Source: Parcubacteria group bacterium
GTDB lineage: Bacteria; Patescibacteriota; Minisyncoccia; Moranbacterales; UBA11712
Direction: 5' to 3'
DNA: 53,789 bases
Assembly: GCA_041659685.1 (NCBI GenBank)
Contig: JBAZXV010000009.1
Span: 1-53,789 of the forward strand
Position 1 is the first letter of the stretch. Every line of letters begins with the position of its first letter. The position numbers were made by a program, and so were the translations under genes. This document shows positions 17,336 through 26,356 of the stretch, piece after piece. Under the pieces are notes generated by a model. That model did no database searches. It was given only the letters and a program-made list of their open reading frames with translations, and was not told where the DNA came from.

Positions 17336-17821
17336 ATGCTAAAAATCAGATTGACTAGAAGAGGAAAAAAGAATAAGGCGTTTTTCCGGCTGGTAGTGGC
17401 CGAACACACTTCGCCGATAAAAGGGAAATTTCTTGAAGCTCTCGGTTTTTTGAATCCGCATACGAAGGAAAAGGCCCTGAAGGAAGAACGGATAAAATAC
17501 TGGATCGGAAAAGGAGCGCAATGCTCTGGTTCGGTCCATAATTTGCTGGTTGGCGCTAAAATTATCAGCGGTCCCAAAAGAGCCGTGAAAATGAAGAAAA
17601 AAGAGGCGGAAGAAATAAAGGAAGGCGAAAAACCGAGTGAAGAGAAAAAAGAGGAAACCCCCAAGCCTGAAGAAAAAACTGAAGAGAAACCGAAAAAGGA
17701 AGAGAAAAAAGAAGAAGACAGCAAACCATCTGAAAAGAAGGAAAATGACAAGGAGCCGGAAAAGGGCGCAAAGGAAGAAAGAGAGAGTGAAGAGAAGAAA
17801 CCCGAAGAGAGCGGAAAATAA
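17336..17821 (+). CDS. rpsP: 30S ribosomal protein S16 with a K/E/P-rich C-terminal tail of about 80 aa
   Basis: MLKIRLTRRGKKNKAFFRLVVAE..GFLNP core, then KKEEKKEE-type low-complexity sequence to the stop. Confidence 0.9.
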   Translation: MLKIRLTRRGKKNKAFFRLVVAEHTSPIKGKFLEALGFLNPHTKEKALKEERIKYWIGKGAQCSGSVHNLLVGAKIISGPKRAVKMKKKEAEEIKEGEKPSEEKKEETPKPEEKTEEKPKKEEKKEEDSKPSEKKENDKEPEKGAKEERESEEKKPEESGK

Positions 17822-17837
17822 CAAGAAATTTTTTAGG

Positions 17838-17865
17838 CAATCCCGCCCGGCGGGATTGTTTTTTA
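17838..17865 (+). terminator. Intrinsic terminator after rpsP
   Basis: caatcccgc/gcgggattg 9-bp stem followed by tttttt. Confidence 0.8.
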
Positions 17866-17890
17866 TGCCGAAAAAAGATGATGGTTGAAT

Positions 17891-17918
17891 TTGACATCCC
17901 TTGTCTTTTGTATATAAT
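17891..17918 (+). promoter_or_regulatory. Sigma70-like promoter, TTGACA-16 nt-TATAAT
   Basis: ttgaca at 17891-17896 and tataat at 17913-17918. It lies about 125 nt upstream of the KH-domain gene. Confidence 0.55.
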
Positions 17919-18045
17919 ATAAAACGAAATCCCTTGCTGCGAAATCACGCGGCGGGAACGCGGAATTAGTTGGCGGGCAAAATGATAAAAAAGGTCGATG
18001 TCCAGAAGCCATTAATCCGAAAGTTATTAGCATAATTCTGAAAAG

Positions 18046-18360
18046 ATGGAAAGAGATCAGGAATTTGTAGAGTTCGTAGTCAAGTCTTTGGTTGACACTC
18101 CTGACGCTGTTAAAACTAACCGAGTTATCGATGAAAGAGGCGTTCTTATCACTTTGGATGTTGATCCGAAGGATATGGGCATGATCATCGGCCGGGAAGG
18201 CGCGACAGCTAAGGCCATCCGAACACTTCTTAGAGTTGTCGGAGCCAAAAACAATGCTCGTGTAAACCTCAAAATCAACGAACCGGAAGGTTCGCAAAGA
18301 GGAGAACGAAGAGAAGAAAAGAAGAGTATTGACGATGTTGTCAACGATATCAATATGTAG
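18046..18360 (+). CDS. KH-domain RNA-binding protein (YlqC/UPF0109 type)
   Basis: GMIIGREGATAKAIRTLL (GxxG KH core), in the conserved position after rpsP. Confidence 0.8.
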   Translation: MERDQEFVEFVVKSLVDTPDAVKTNRVIDERGVLITLDVDPKDMGMIIGREGATAKAIRTLLRVVGAKNNARVNLKINEPEGSQRGERREEKKSIDDVVNDINM

Positions 18361-18427
18361 TTTACAGCCTTTTTATAGGCTTTATCTTACACAAAAACCG
18401 TGCTACTATTCTAGTGCGGTTTTTGTT

Positions 18428-19141
18428 ATGAATTTCCATATCGTCACAATTTTTCCCAGGATTTTCGACTCCTATTTCAACGAGAGTATTTTTCGGCGCG
18501 CTCAGGAGAAAAAACTGATACATGTTAAAATTCATAATCTGCGCGATTATACAACTGACAGGCATAAGACTGTCGATGACACCCCTTATGGCGGAGGAGC
18601 GGGGATGCTGTTGAAGATTGAACCCATCTATAGTTGCCTCAAAGCAATTAATTCCCGATTCCCGATTCCCAGTTTCCAAAAAAATCCAAAATCGAAAGCT
18701 AAGGTTTCGAAAAAAACGAGGGTTATAATTTTTTCCGCCAAAGGCAGGCGGTATGCCCAGGCTGATGCGAAACGGCTGGCGAAATGCGAAAATATCGTCC
18801 TGATATGCGGACGTTATGAAGGTGTTGACGAACGGGTGGCGAAATATCTGGCCGATGAAGAAATTTCTATCGGAGAGTATGTCCTTACGGGAGGGGAAAT
18901 TCCGGCGATGGCTCTTGCCGATTCGATAGCGCGCCTTATTCCGGGCGTTCTGGGAAACGATGAATCGGCAAAAAACGAATCATTTTCCAAAAAGGATTAT
19001 CTTGAGCATCCGCAGTATACTAAGCCGGCGGAATTTCAGGGGTGGAAGACGCCCAAAGTCCTTTTGGGAGGAAATCACAGGGAAATTGAAGAATGGAGGA
19101 AAAAGAACAGTAAAAATATCCAACAAAAATATAAAATCTAA
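18428..19141 (+). CDS. trmD: tRNA (guanine37-N1)-methyltransferase
   Basis: MNFHIVTIFPRIF, DDTPYGGGAGM, CGRYEGVDERV and YVLTGGEIPAM motifs. I start at the internal ATG at 18428, because the upstream part of the track ORF crosses a terminator-like hairpin. Confidence 0.9.
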   Translation: MNFHIVTIFPRIFDSYFNESIFRRAQEKKLIHVKIHNLRDYTTDRHKTVDDTPYGGGAGMLLKIEPIYSCLKAINSRFPIPSFQKNPKSKAKVSKKTRVIIFSAKGRRYAQADAKRLAKCENIVLICGRYEGVDERVAKYLADEEISIGEYVLTGGEIPAMALADSIARLIPGVLGNDESAKNESFSKKDYLEHPQYTKPAEFQGWKTPKVLLGGNHREIEEWRKKNSKNIQQKYKI

Positions 19142-19177
19142 ACATTCAAGCTCTGATTTTCCGGAAAAAGACATTTT

Positions 19178-20284
19178 ATGAGAACGAACGAAAAAAAAGC
19201 TGATCAGATATTAATTATAACCACTTTCGCTCTGATTGCATTCGGCTTAGTGATGATATCTTCCGCCGGAGTGGCGATATCTCAGAACCGTTTTGACGAC
19301 GGGTATTATTTTTTTAAGCACCAGCTCTTCTATGGTGTCATGCCGGGTTTGATATTAATGTTTGTCGCTCAGAAGATTAATTACCAATTTTGGAAAAAAA
19401 TAGCCCTTCCGCTTTTTATTCTCAATCTGGTTTTCCTTGTGCTGGTCTTTATCCCGGGACTTGGATTGAATTTCCAGGGCGCCAGCCGATGGATAAAATT
19501 AGGTCCTTTTTCTTTCCAGCCGACTGAAATGCTCAAACTTTCCCTTATTTTATATCTTGCCGCCTGGCTTGAAGGGAAAAAGGAGCAAACCAAAGATTTC
19601 TTTGAGGGTTTTGTGCCCTTTTTGGCAATTTTGGGATTGGTCGGTTTTTTGATAATAAAACAGCCGGATATGGGAACATTGGGGACTATTGTGATTATTG
19701 CGATAGCAATGTATTTTCTTTCCGGGGCGAAGGCCGTGCATCTCGCGGGAACTTTTGGGGTCGGACTGATCGCTTTTCTGGCACTCATCAAATTTGAATC
19801 GTATCGGATGAATCGCCTCCTGGTGTTTCTCCATCCGGAACTTGATCCGCGAGGGATCGGTTATCAGATAAATCAGGCTCTTCTGGCTATCGGTTCGGGA
19901 GGTCTCTTTGGCCTTGGACTGGGGCACAGCCGGCAAAAATTCAATTATCTTCCCGAACCGGTCGGCGATTCCATTTTTGCCATAATTTGCGAAGAGATAG
20001 GCTTTTTGGGGGCTGTTGTGTTAATATTGCTGTTTGTCGCTTTCGCCATGCGCGGCCTCAAAATCGCTAAAAATGCGCCGGATGTTTTCGGCAAACTCGT
20101 GGCGATAGGCATTACCTCTTGGATTATATTTCAAGCGCTCATAAACATTTCCGCCATAACGGGGCTCATTCCCCTTACCGGAGTTACCTTGCCTTTCATA
20201 AGCTATGGAGGAACATCACTCGTGTTTTCAATGACGGCGGTCGGAATTTTGTTGAATATTTCCAAGAAATGTGGGAAAATGTAG
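19178..20284 (+). CDS. ftsW: SEDS-family peptidoglycan glycosyltransferase (FtsW/RodA)
   Basis: About 10 TM segments, with QPTEMLKL, QPDMGT, GLGHSRQKFNYLPEPVGDSIFA and LPFISYGGTS motifs. Confidence 0.88.
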   Translation: MRTNEKKADQILIITTFALIAFGLVMISSAGVAISQNRFDDGYYFFKHQLFYGVMPGLILMFVAQKINYQFWKKIALPLFILNLVFLVLVFIPGLGLNFQGASRWIKLGPFSFQPTEMLKLSLILYLAAWLEGKKEQTKDFFEGFVPFLAILGLVGFLIIKQPDMGTLGTIVIIAIAMYFLSGAKAVHLAGTFGVGLIAFLALIKFESYRMNRLLVFLHPELDPRGIGYQINQALLAIGSGGLFGLGLGHSRQKFNYLPEPVGDSIFAIICEEIGFLGAVVLILLFVAFAMRGLKIAKNAPDVFGKLVAIGITSWIIFQALINISAITGLIPLTGVTLPFISYGGTSLVFSMTAVGILLNISKKCGKM

Positions 20285-20388
20285 TTACGAACTGCGAATC
20301 AAATACGAATATACGAATGAATCATTTTTCAGGCGCCTGCAAGAATTTTCATTGATTCGCATATTCGCAAGAAATTCGTAATTCGTAA
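20285..20388. repeat. 104-bp imperfect palindrome built from TACGAAT/ATTCGTA units (family A), centred on aggcgcct
   Basis: The left half, ttacgaactgcgaatcaaatacgaatatacgaatgaatca, mirrors the right half, tcattgattcgcatattcgcaagaaattcgtaattcgtaa. It ends 5 nt before the murG ATG. Confidence 0.7.
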
Positions 20389-20393
20389 AGATT

Positions 20394-21506
20394 ATGAGAA
20401 TTGTATTAACCGGCGGGGGAACAGGGGGGCATATTTTCCCCATTCTAGCCGTAACCAGAAAAATAAAAGAGCGATTGGGAGAGAAAGAAGACGTGGAGCT
20501 TCTGTTTTTGGGTCCCGACGGAGATTTGGAAAGAGAAGTGATGGACAGAGAGCTGATCCCGACGAAAAATATACTGTGCGGAAAGCTCAGAAGATATTTT
20601 TCCTTTAAGTATCTGCCGGATACGCTCAAATTTCCCATAGGGTTTATCCAATCTTTGTGGCATCTTCTTGTCTTTATGCCGGATGTTGTCTTTTCCAAGG
20701 GCGGGTATGCCAGTGTTCCTGTGTCGATTGCGGCATGGATATACAGAATTCCGATTGTTATTCACGAGTCCGATGCCATGCCTGGCCTTGCCAATCAAAT
20801 TCTCTCCAAATTCGCCTCAAGAATTGCCGTTTCCTTTCCCGGATCTAATAATTTTTTCCCCGGAAAGAAAGTTTTTCTTTCCGGAAATCCGGTAAGGGAG
20901 GAAATTACAAAAGGAAGCAGGGAGGAAGCTTTAAAAATTTTTTCTCTGTTGCCGGAAAAGAAAACTATTTTGGTTCTTGGCGGCAGTTTGGGCGCGCGGG
21001 CTGTAAACACAGCCATTGTCAATGCTCTTGCGCAAATTGTCAGGCGCTGGCAGATAATCCATGTCACGGGGAAAAATGATTATGAGTCGGTCGTCCAAGA
21101 AGCGGCGAAGCTGGGCATTAAAGCCGGAAGGGACGGCTATCATCCCTACCCTTTCCTTTTGGAAGAACTTCCGCATGCTTTTTCTGTCGCTGATCTGGTG
21201 ATCAGCCGGGCCGGAGCCAACGCGATAACTGAAATTGCGGCAAATGGGAAGCCGGCAATACTTATCCCGATCGAAGGGTCGGCTAACAAGCATCAGGAGG
21301 AAAACGCATTTGCCTTTTCGCAGGCCGGCGCGGCCATTCTTCTTGAACAGGCCAATCTTGGAGAGAATATTCTGATTGAAAAAATTCAGCAGGTAATCGA
21401 TGACAAAGAGCTTAATTTTGAATTAACGGAAAGAATTAAAAAATTTTATAATCCCAATGCTTCGGATGTGATCGCGGAGGAAATTATAAAATTAGGCCAA
21501 GACTAA
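20394..21506 (+). CDS. murG: Lipid II-forming UDP-GlcNAc transferase MurG
   Basis: MRIVLTGGGTGGHIFP, GGSLGA and ISRAGANAITE motifs. Confidence 0.92.
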   Translation: MRIVLTGGGTGGHIFPILAVTRKIKERLGEKEDVELLFLGPDGDLEREVMDRELIPTKNILCGKLRRYFSFKYLPDTLKFPIGFIQSLWHLLVFMPDVVFSKGGYASVPVSIAAWIYRIPIVIHESDAMPGLANQILSKFASRIAVSFPGSNNFFPGKKVFLSGNPVREEITKGSREEALKIFSLLPEKKTILVLGGSLGARAVNTAIVNALAQIVRRWQIIHVTGKNDYESVVQEAAKLGIKAGRDGYHPYPFLLEELPHAFSVADLVISRAGANAITEIAANGKPAILIPIEGSANKHQEENAFAFSQAGAAILLEQANLGENILIEKIQQVIDDKELNFELTERIKKFYNPNASDVIAEEIIKLGQD

Positions 21507-21507
21507 T

Positions 21508-22470
21508 ATGGGCGGGAAGGGAAGAAAAAAAGTCGGAGTGGCGTTGGGAGGCGGCACTATGCGAGGGGTGACTCATATCGGCGTGCTGGAAATTTTCGAA
21601 GAGAACAAGATTCCAATCGATGTCTTGGTCGGCTGTTCCAGCGGGGCAATTGTCGCTGCCGCCTATGCCTGCGGAAAGCTTGATGAATTTAAGAAGATAG
21701 TGCTGGCGCTCGACAAAAAAGACCGCCGCCGGGTGCTTGATTTTCGGCTGTCCGGCGAAGGATTGATCAGGGGAGAAAAGATAAAAACTTTTTTTAATTT
21801 CCTTACGGGCGATAAAAATTTTTCCGATATAAAAAAATTGAAGCTTGCTTTTGTGGCGACTGACGCAAACACGGGCAGGGAAGTGATTATAGACAAGGGA
21901 AAGATTGCCGATGCGCTTGAAATCACGACTGCTCTTCCCGGACTTGCTCCTCTTAAAAGATATGAAGGGAAACTCCTTTTTGACGGAGGAACAGCTATGC
22001 TTGTTCCGGCAAAAGTAACCTATGGCCTGGGAGCGGATATCGTTATCGGCGTTGATGTGAGCGTGAACAGGGGCGCCATTACCAGAGCCGTCGGGGACAT
22101 CAGACAGCTTATGAAAAAAAGCCGGCTGAAGAGAATTGTCGAACCGGTATTCTGGATGCAGAACAAAATATTAAATGTCGATGAAAAGAAATTTTTGGGA
22201 AAAGCCCGGGAATTGATGAAAAGAATAAATCTGCTTGATGATTTCGAAAAAAGAAAGTTTAATTTTATTGAGGCCTATCTTATCGGCCTGAAGGCGATCA
22301 GCGCCGACTATAAGCGCGGCCTTTTTAAGGATGAGGATTGCGATGTTGCCATTCATCCCAAAGTGCTCCACATAAAAAGGGGTGACATCACTCATTCGGC
22401 GGAAATGATTGAGGAGGGCAGGGAGGCGGCATCCCGGGCGCTTGGAAACATTAAAAATTTGATATTATAG
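21508..22470 (+). CDS. Patatin-like phospholipase
   Basis: GGGTMRG oxyanion motif, GCSSG nucleophile elbow and the catalytic DGG (LFDGGTAM). Confidence 0.85.
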   Translation: MGGKGRKKVGVALGGGTMRGVTHIGVLEIFEENKIPIDVLVGCSSGAIVAAAYACGKLDEFKKIVLALDKKDRRRVLDFRLSGEGLIRGEKIKTFFNFLTGDKNFSDIKKLKLAFVATDANTGREVIIDKGKIADALEITTALPGLAPLKRYEGKLLFDGGTAMLVPAKVTYGLGADIVIGVDVSVNRGAITRAVGDIRQLMKKSRLKRIVEPVFWMQNKILNVDEKKFLGKARELMKRINLLDDFEKRKFNFIEAYLIGLKAISADYKRGLFKDEDCDVAIHPKVLHIKRGDITHSAEMIEEGREAASRALGNIKNLIL

Positions 22471-22473
22471 GAA

Positions 22474-23850
22474 ATGATTGATTTTTCAAAGGTCAACAAG
22501 ATATATTTTATCGGAATAAAGGGCAGCGGAATGGTTGCCTTGGTTGAGATTTTACAGCGCCGCGGATTTGAGGTCGGCGGGTCAGACACGAATGAAAAGT
22601 TTTTTACAGACGATATTCTGAAAAAAAGGCTGTTCGTGAAATTTTTTGAGGGCTTTAGCGCGGATCACATAAAGAGCGACATTGATCTGGTTGTATATTC
22701 CACTGCTTACAACGAAAAAAACAACGAGGAATTCAAGACCGCAAAATACAAACAGATTCCGATGATTTCCTATCCTGAGCTTTTGGGGCTGTTATTCAAC
22801 CAAAAATACGGGATAGCGGTGTGCGGAACGCACGGAAAAACGACTACCACGGCTATGCTGGCGGAAATCATGAGAAAATCAGATTTTGATCCTACAGCGG
22901 TGGTGGGTTCGAAAGTCCGCCAATGGAGAAGTTCGGCTCTGGTTGGAAAATCAGAATTTATGGTTGTGGAAGCGGATGAGTACCAAAATAAATTTGATTA
23001 CTATTGGCCCCAGGCAGTCGTTCTTACCAGCGCTGACTGGGATCATCCCGATTTTTTCAAAACTTATGAAGATTATAAAAACGCCTTTGAAAAGTTTGTG
23101 GAAAAAATACCTCGCCACGGGTTTCTCGTTGTTTGCGGAGATCGGAATGAAACGCTTGAAATAGCCAAAAAAGCCAAGTGTAAAGTGATAACTTACGGCT
23201 TTGGGAGCGAGAACAATATCAAGATAAGGGATCATAAATTGAGAAACGGGAAGCAAGTCTTCAATTTGGACATAAATGGGAAAAATCTCGGTGAATTTGA
23301 ACTTGAAATACCCGGCCGGCACAATGCGCTAAATGCGGCAGGAGCGGCGGCGATGGCTCATCAATTCAATGCCAAGCCGGAAAAGATCCGCGAAGCCCTT
23401 TCTGAGTTTGAGGGGACGTCGCGCCGGTTCGAATATATCGGCAAAAGAAACGGAGCCATTCTTCTCGATGATTATGCCCATCATCCCGAAGAAATAAAGG
23501 TTACCCTCAAAGCGGCGCGGGAATTTTTTCCAAAGCGGCGCATTTGGTGCGTTTTTCATCCCCATACGTTCACCCGCACAAAGGCTCTTCTTTCCGAATT
23601 CTCACAAAGTTTTGAAGATGCGGACAGGGTGATTATTTTGGACATTTACGGCAGTGCGCGGGAAGTTCAGGGAGGCGTACATTCAAAAGATTTAGTCGAA
23701 CTCGCCAAAAGATATCATCGCAGTGTTGAATACATTCCGACTATTCCGGAAGCAATTGAATATCTTGCAGGCATTATCAGCCATGAAGATCTTGTTATCG
23801 CCATGGGCGCGGGAAATGTCTGGGAAGTGGCGGAAAAATTGAAAATGTAA
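22474..23850 (+). CDS. murC: UDP-N-acetylmuramate--L-alanine ligase
   Basis: IYFIGIKGSGM, GTHGKTTTT and DDYAHHPEEI motifs. Confidence 0.92.
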   Translation: MIDFSKVNKIYFIGIKGSGMVALVEILQRRGFEVGGSDTNEKFFTDDILKKRLFVKFFEGFSADHIKSDIDLVVYSTAYNEKNNEEFKTAKYKQIPMISYPELLGLLFNQKYGIAVCGTHGKTTTTAMLAEIMRKSDFDPTAVVGSKVRQWRSSALVGKSEFMVVEADEYQNKFDYYWPQAVVLTSADWDHPDFFKTYEDYKNAFEKFVEKIPRHGFLVVCGDRNETLEIAKKAKCKVITYGFGSENNIKIRDHKLRNGKQVFNLDINGKNLGEFELEIPGRHNALNAAGAAAMAHQFNAKPEKIREALSEFEGTSRRFEYIGKRNGAILLDDYAHHPEEIKVTLKAAREFFPKRRIWCVFHPHTFTRTKALLSEFSQSFEDADRVIILDIYGSAREVQGGVHSKDLVELAKRYHRSVEYIPTIPEAIEYLAGIISHEDLVIAMGAGNVWEVAEKLKM

Positions 23851-23875
23851 AATGCAAATATCAAAATGACAATTC
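23849..23875. repeat. AAAATGCAAAtATCAAAATGAcAATTC element (family B)
   Basis: Near-identical to 29211-29238. Its core atcaaaatgacaatt (23860-23874) recurs inverted at 26319-26333. Confidence 0.7.
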
Positions 23876-23961
23876 AAAATCTAAAATTAATTCGAAGTAG
23901 GGATTATTTTGCATTTTGATTTTTTAATTTTCAATTAAAAAATGGATAATTTTCTGCTCTC

Positions 23962-24912
23962 ATGGAAATAAAAGAAAACGTGCTTTTGGCACAATTTACG
24001 ACTTTGCATGTCGGCGGGCCGGCGCGGTTTTTTTGCGAGGCGAAAGACGAAAAAGAAATTGCGGAGGCGCTGGAGTTTGCGCGGGAGGAAAACTTGCCGG
24101 TTTTTGCGCTGGGCGGGGGCAGTAATATTCTAGTGAGCGACAAGGGATTTGACGGGATAGTTATTAGAATTATGAATTATGAATTAGGAATTACGAATAA
24201 CAATATTAGTTGCGGGGCGGGAATGTTGTTGAGTAAAATAGTAAATGAATCGGTTAAATTTGGCCTAACCGGCATGGAGTGGGCGGCGGGAATTCCGGGG
24301 ACGGTTGGAGGAGCAATCCGGGGAAATGCGGGAGCGCTCGGATCTTGCATGGCGGAGGCGGTGGAAAATGTAAGATTAATTGACGCTGAAAAGATAGATT
24401 CCAAAGAAAAAGAAGAATTAGGAATTAGGAACTATGAATCAGGGGGTTGTGAATTCAGATACAGGGACAGTATTTTCAAGCACAATCCGGATCTAATAAT
24501 AATTTCGGCTATCTTGAAGCTTAAGAAAGGCGAAAGGGAAGCAAGCGAGAAGAAAGTCAGGGAAATAATCAAGCAAAGAAAATCAGCCCAGCCTTTTGAT
24601 TTTCCGAGTTCAGGAAGCTTTTTCAAAAATCCAAAATCCGATAGCGAAAAATTAATGAGGGAACTCGAGCGGGATACCGGGAAAAAGGCGACAGGCGGCG
24701 TTGTCCCGGCAGGATACCTTATTGAAAGAGCCGGATTGCGCGGAAAAAAGATCGGCGGGGCGATGGTTAGCCAAAACCATGGAAACTTCCTGGTCAATGC
24801 GGGAAACGCGAAAGCGGAAGATTTTATAATCCTTATTGCGCTCGTAAAAACAAAAATTAGAAATAAATTCGGCATCCAGCTTCAGGAGGAAGTGCAATAT
24901 GTGGGATTTTGA
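23962..24912 (+). CDS. murB: UDP-N-acetylenolpyruvoylglucosamine reductase
   Basis: TTLHVGGPARFF, LGGGSNIL, AGIPGTVGGAIRGNAGA and SGSFFKNP motifs. Confidence 0.92.
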   Translation: MEIKENVLLAQFTTLHVGGPARFFCEAKDEKEIAEALEFAREENLPVFALGGGSNILVSDKGFDGIVIRIMNYELGITNNNISCGAGMLLSKIVNESVKFGLTGMEWAAGIPGTVGGAIRGNAGALGSCMAEAVENVRLIDAEKIDSKEKEELGIRNYESGGCEFRYRDSIFKHNPDLIIISAILKLKKGEREASEKKVREIIKQRKSAQPFDFPSSGSFFKNPKSDSEKLMRELERDTGKKATGGVVPAGYLIERAGLRGKKIGGAMVSQNHGNFLVNAGNAKAEDFIILIALVKTKIRNKFGIQLQEEVQYVGF

Positions 24913-24917
24913 AGACT

Positions 24918-25031
24918 TTACGAATTACGAATACGCTTCGCTCTACGAATATACGAAATAAATTTATTTTCAAGATTGATCTTAAATTCAAGTAAAAACT
25001 ATAGTTACGAATCAATTCTTATATTCGTATA
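24918..25031. repeat. TACGAAT/ATTCGTA intergenic element (family A)
   Basis: ttacgaattacgaatacgcttcgctctacgaatatacgaa. The arm at 24944-24957 pairs with ttcttatattcgta at 25017-25030. Confidence 0.65.
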
Positions 25032-25109
25032 AAACTCGCAGTTTGCAAAGGTTTACATTTTTCCAAAAAGAAATTATTATTCAATTGATTTATCCTTTGA
25101 TTAAATTAA

Positions 25110-26228
25110 ATGAACAAAAAAAATTGCAAACTGCACGATATAGACGAAGCATATGAAGCGAAACGGGACCTTAAGCACGATGGCTTTTCCGATAATTTGA
25201 AGCCGACAGAATCTCTTGATCTCGGCAAGGTCAAATCGGTGGATGATTTGGTCCGCGCGATGTCAAAAACCGCATTCGGAGGAAGAAGTTTAGGAGAAGC
25301 GGCTGACGTCCTTGAAGCGATGGCCCGCGACAAGGACTGTTTTGTCGTTCTTACGCTGTCGGGTGCGATGACGGTTGCCAAAATGGGACTCCTTATTTGC
25401 GATATGATCGACCGGGGGATTGTCAACGCCGTTGTTTCGACAGGAGCTCTTATGACTCACGGGATGGTTGAAGGTTTCGGAATGACTCATTTCAAATATG
25501 ACGAGGGCATGGATGACACGACGCTTTATGAATGCGGTTATAATCGCGTTTATGATACTCTGGAGCTTGAGAAAAATCTTGATGATCTGGAACTCATTGT
25601 TTTTGAGGTATTCAAAAAGCTGGACCATAAAAAAGTATACTCGAGTAATGAAATTTTGACAGAGGTTGGAAAATATCTAAAGGAAACAATCGGAGACCAG
25701 AGGGCAATCGTGAAGAGTGCCTATGAAAAAAATGTCCCGATTTATATCCCGGCTTTTACGGACTCGGAATTTTTTCTCGACATCGGAATTTTTAACCGCC
25801 GGCAGAAATTGGAAAATAAGCCGATCCTTCAAACGAGCGAATATCTGGATCTTGAGCATTTTACGGAACTCATAAAGAAGCAAAAGAAAATAGGAATATT
25901 TACGATTGGCGGAGGCGTGCCCAGAAACTGGGCCCAGCAGGTAACGTGTTACCTTGATCTTATCGGAAAACGCGTCGGAAGCGGGGGAAAATTTTTGCGA
26001 TACAATTATGGAGTTCGCATTTCTCCCGAGCCGGTTCATTGGGGCGGGCTTTCCGGATGCACTTATTCGGAAGGAATTTCCTGGGGGAAGATGATTCCGC
26101 CAAAAGAAGGAGGGAGATTTGCCGAAGTTTATGCCGACGCGACAATTGCCTGGCCGATAATCCTTAAAGCTGTGCTTGAGAGACTGGATAAAGATAAATC
26201 AAAAGTAAAAAATCAAAGTGCAAAATAA
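25110..26228 (+). CDS. Deoxyhypusine synthase family protein (DHS-like or homospermidine-synthase-like)
   Basis: LSGAMTVAKMG..DMIDRG..VSTGA, FTIGGGVPRNW, and the catalytic-lysine context GGLSGCTYSEGISWGKM. Confidence 0.85.
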   Translation: MNKKNCKLHDIDEAYEAKRDLKHDGFSDNLKPTESLDLGKVKSVDDLVRAMSKTAFGGRSLGEAADVLEAMARDKDCFVVLTLSGAMTVAKMGLLICDMIDRGIVNAVVSTGALMTHGMVEGFGMTHFKYDEGMDDTTLYECGYNRVYDTLELEKNLDDLELIVFEVFKKLDHKKVYSSNEILTEVGKYLKETIGDQRAIVKSAYEKNVPIYIPAFTDSEFFLDIGIFNRRQKLENKPILQTSEYLDLEHFTELIKKQKKIGIFTIGGGVPRNWAQQVTCYLDLIGKRVGSGGKFLRYNYGVRISPEPVHWGGLSGCTYSEGISWGKMIPPKEGGRFAEVYADATIAWPIILKAVLERLDKDKSKVKNQSAK

Positions 26229-26253
26229 AGGTTTTGATTTACGAAGTATGATT

Positions 26254-26298
26254 TATGATTTACGAATTTTTTTCATAAATCTTAAACCGTAAATCATA
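26254..26298. repeat. Hairpin element related to family A (TTTACGAA units)
   Basis: tatgatttacg (26254-26264) is exactly complementary to cgtaaatcata (26288-26298). Confidence 0.6.
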
Positions 26299-26356
26299 AT
26301 TCAAAAAATACTTTTTTTAATTGTCATTTTGATTTTTAAATTTTGATATTCGATTT

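Noticed and set aside
18640-18720. Low-complexity attcccgattcccgattccc / aaaaaaatccaaaatcgaaa inside trmD, as an inserted repeat or intein-like element
   Set aside because: It stays in frame, adds only about a dozen residues in a known variable loop of TrmD, and shares only an 11-mer with the rplJ-rplL hairpin. A loop-length polymorphism explains it best.
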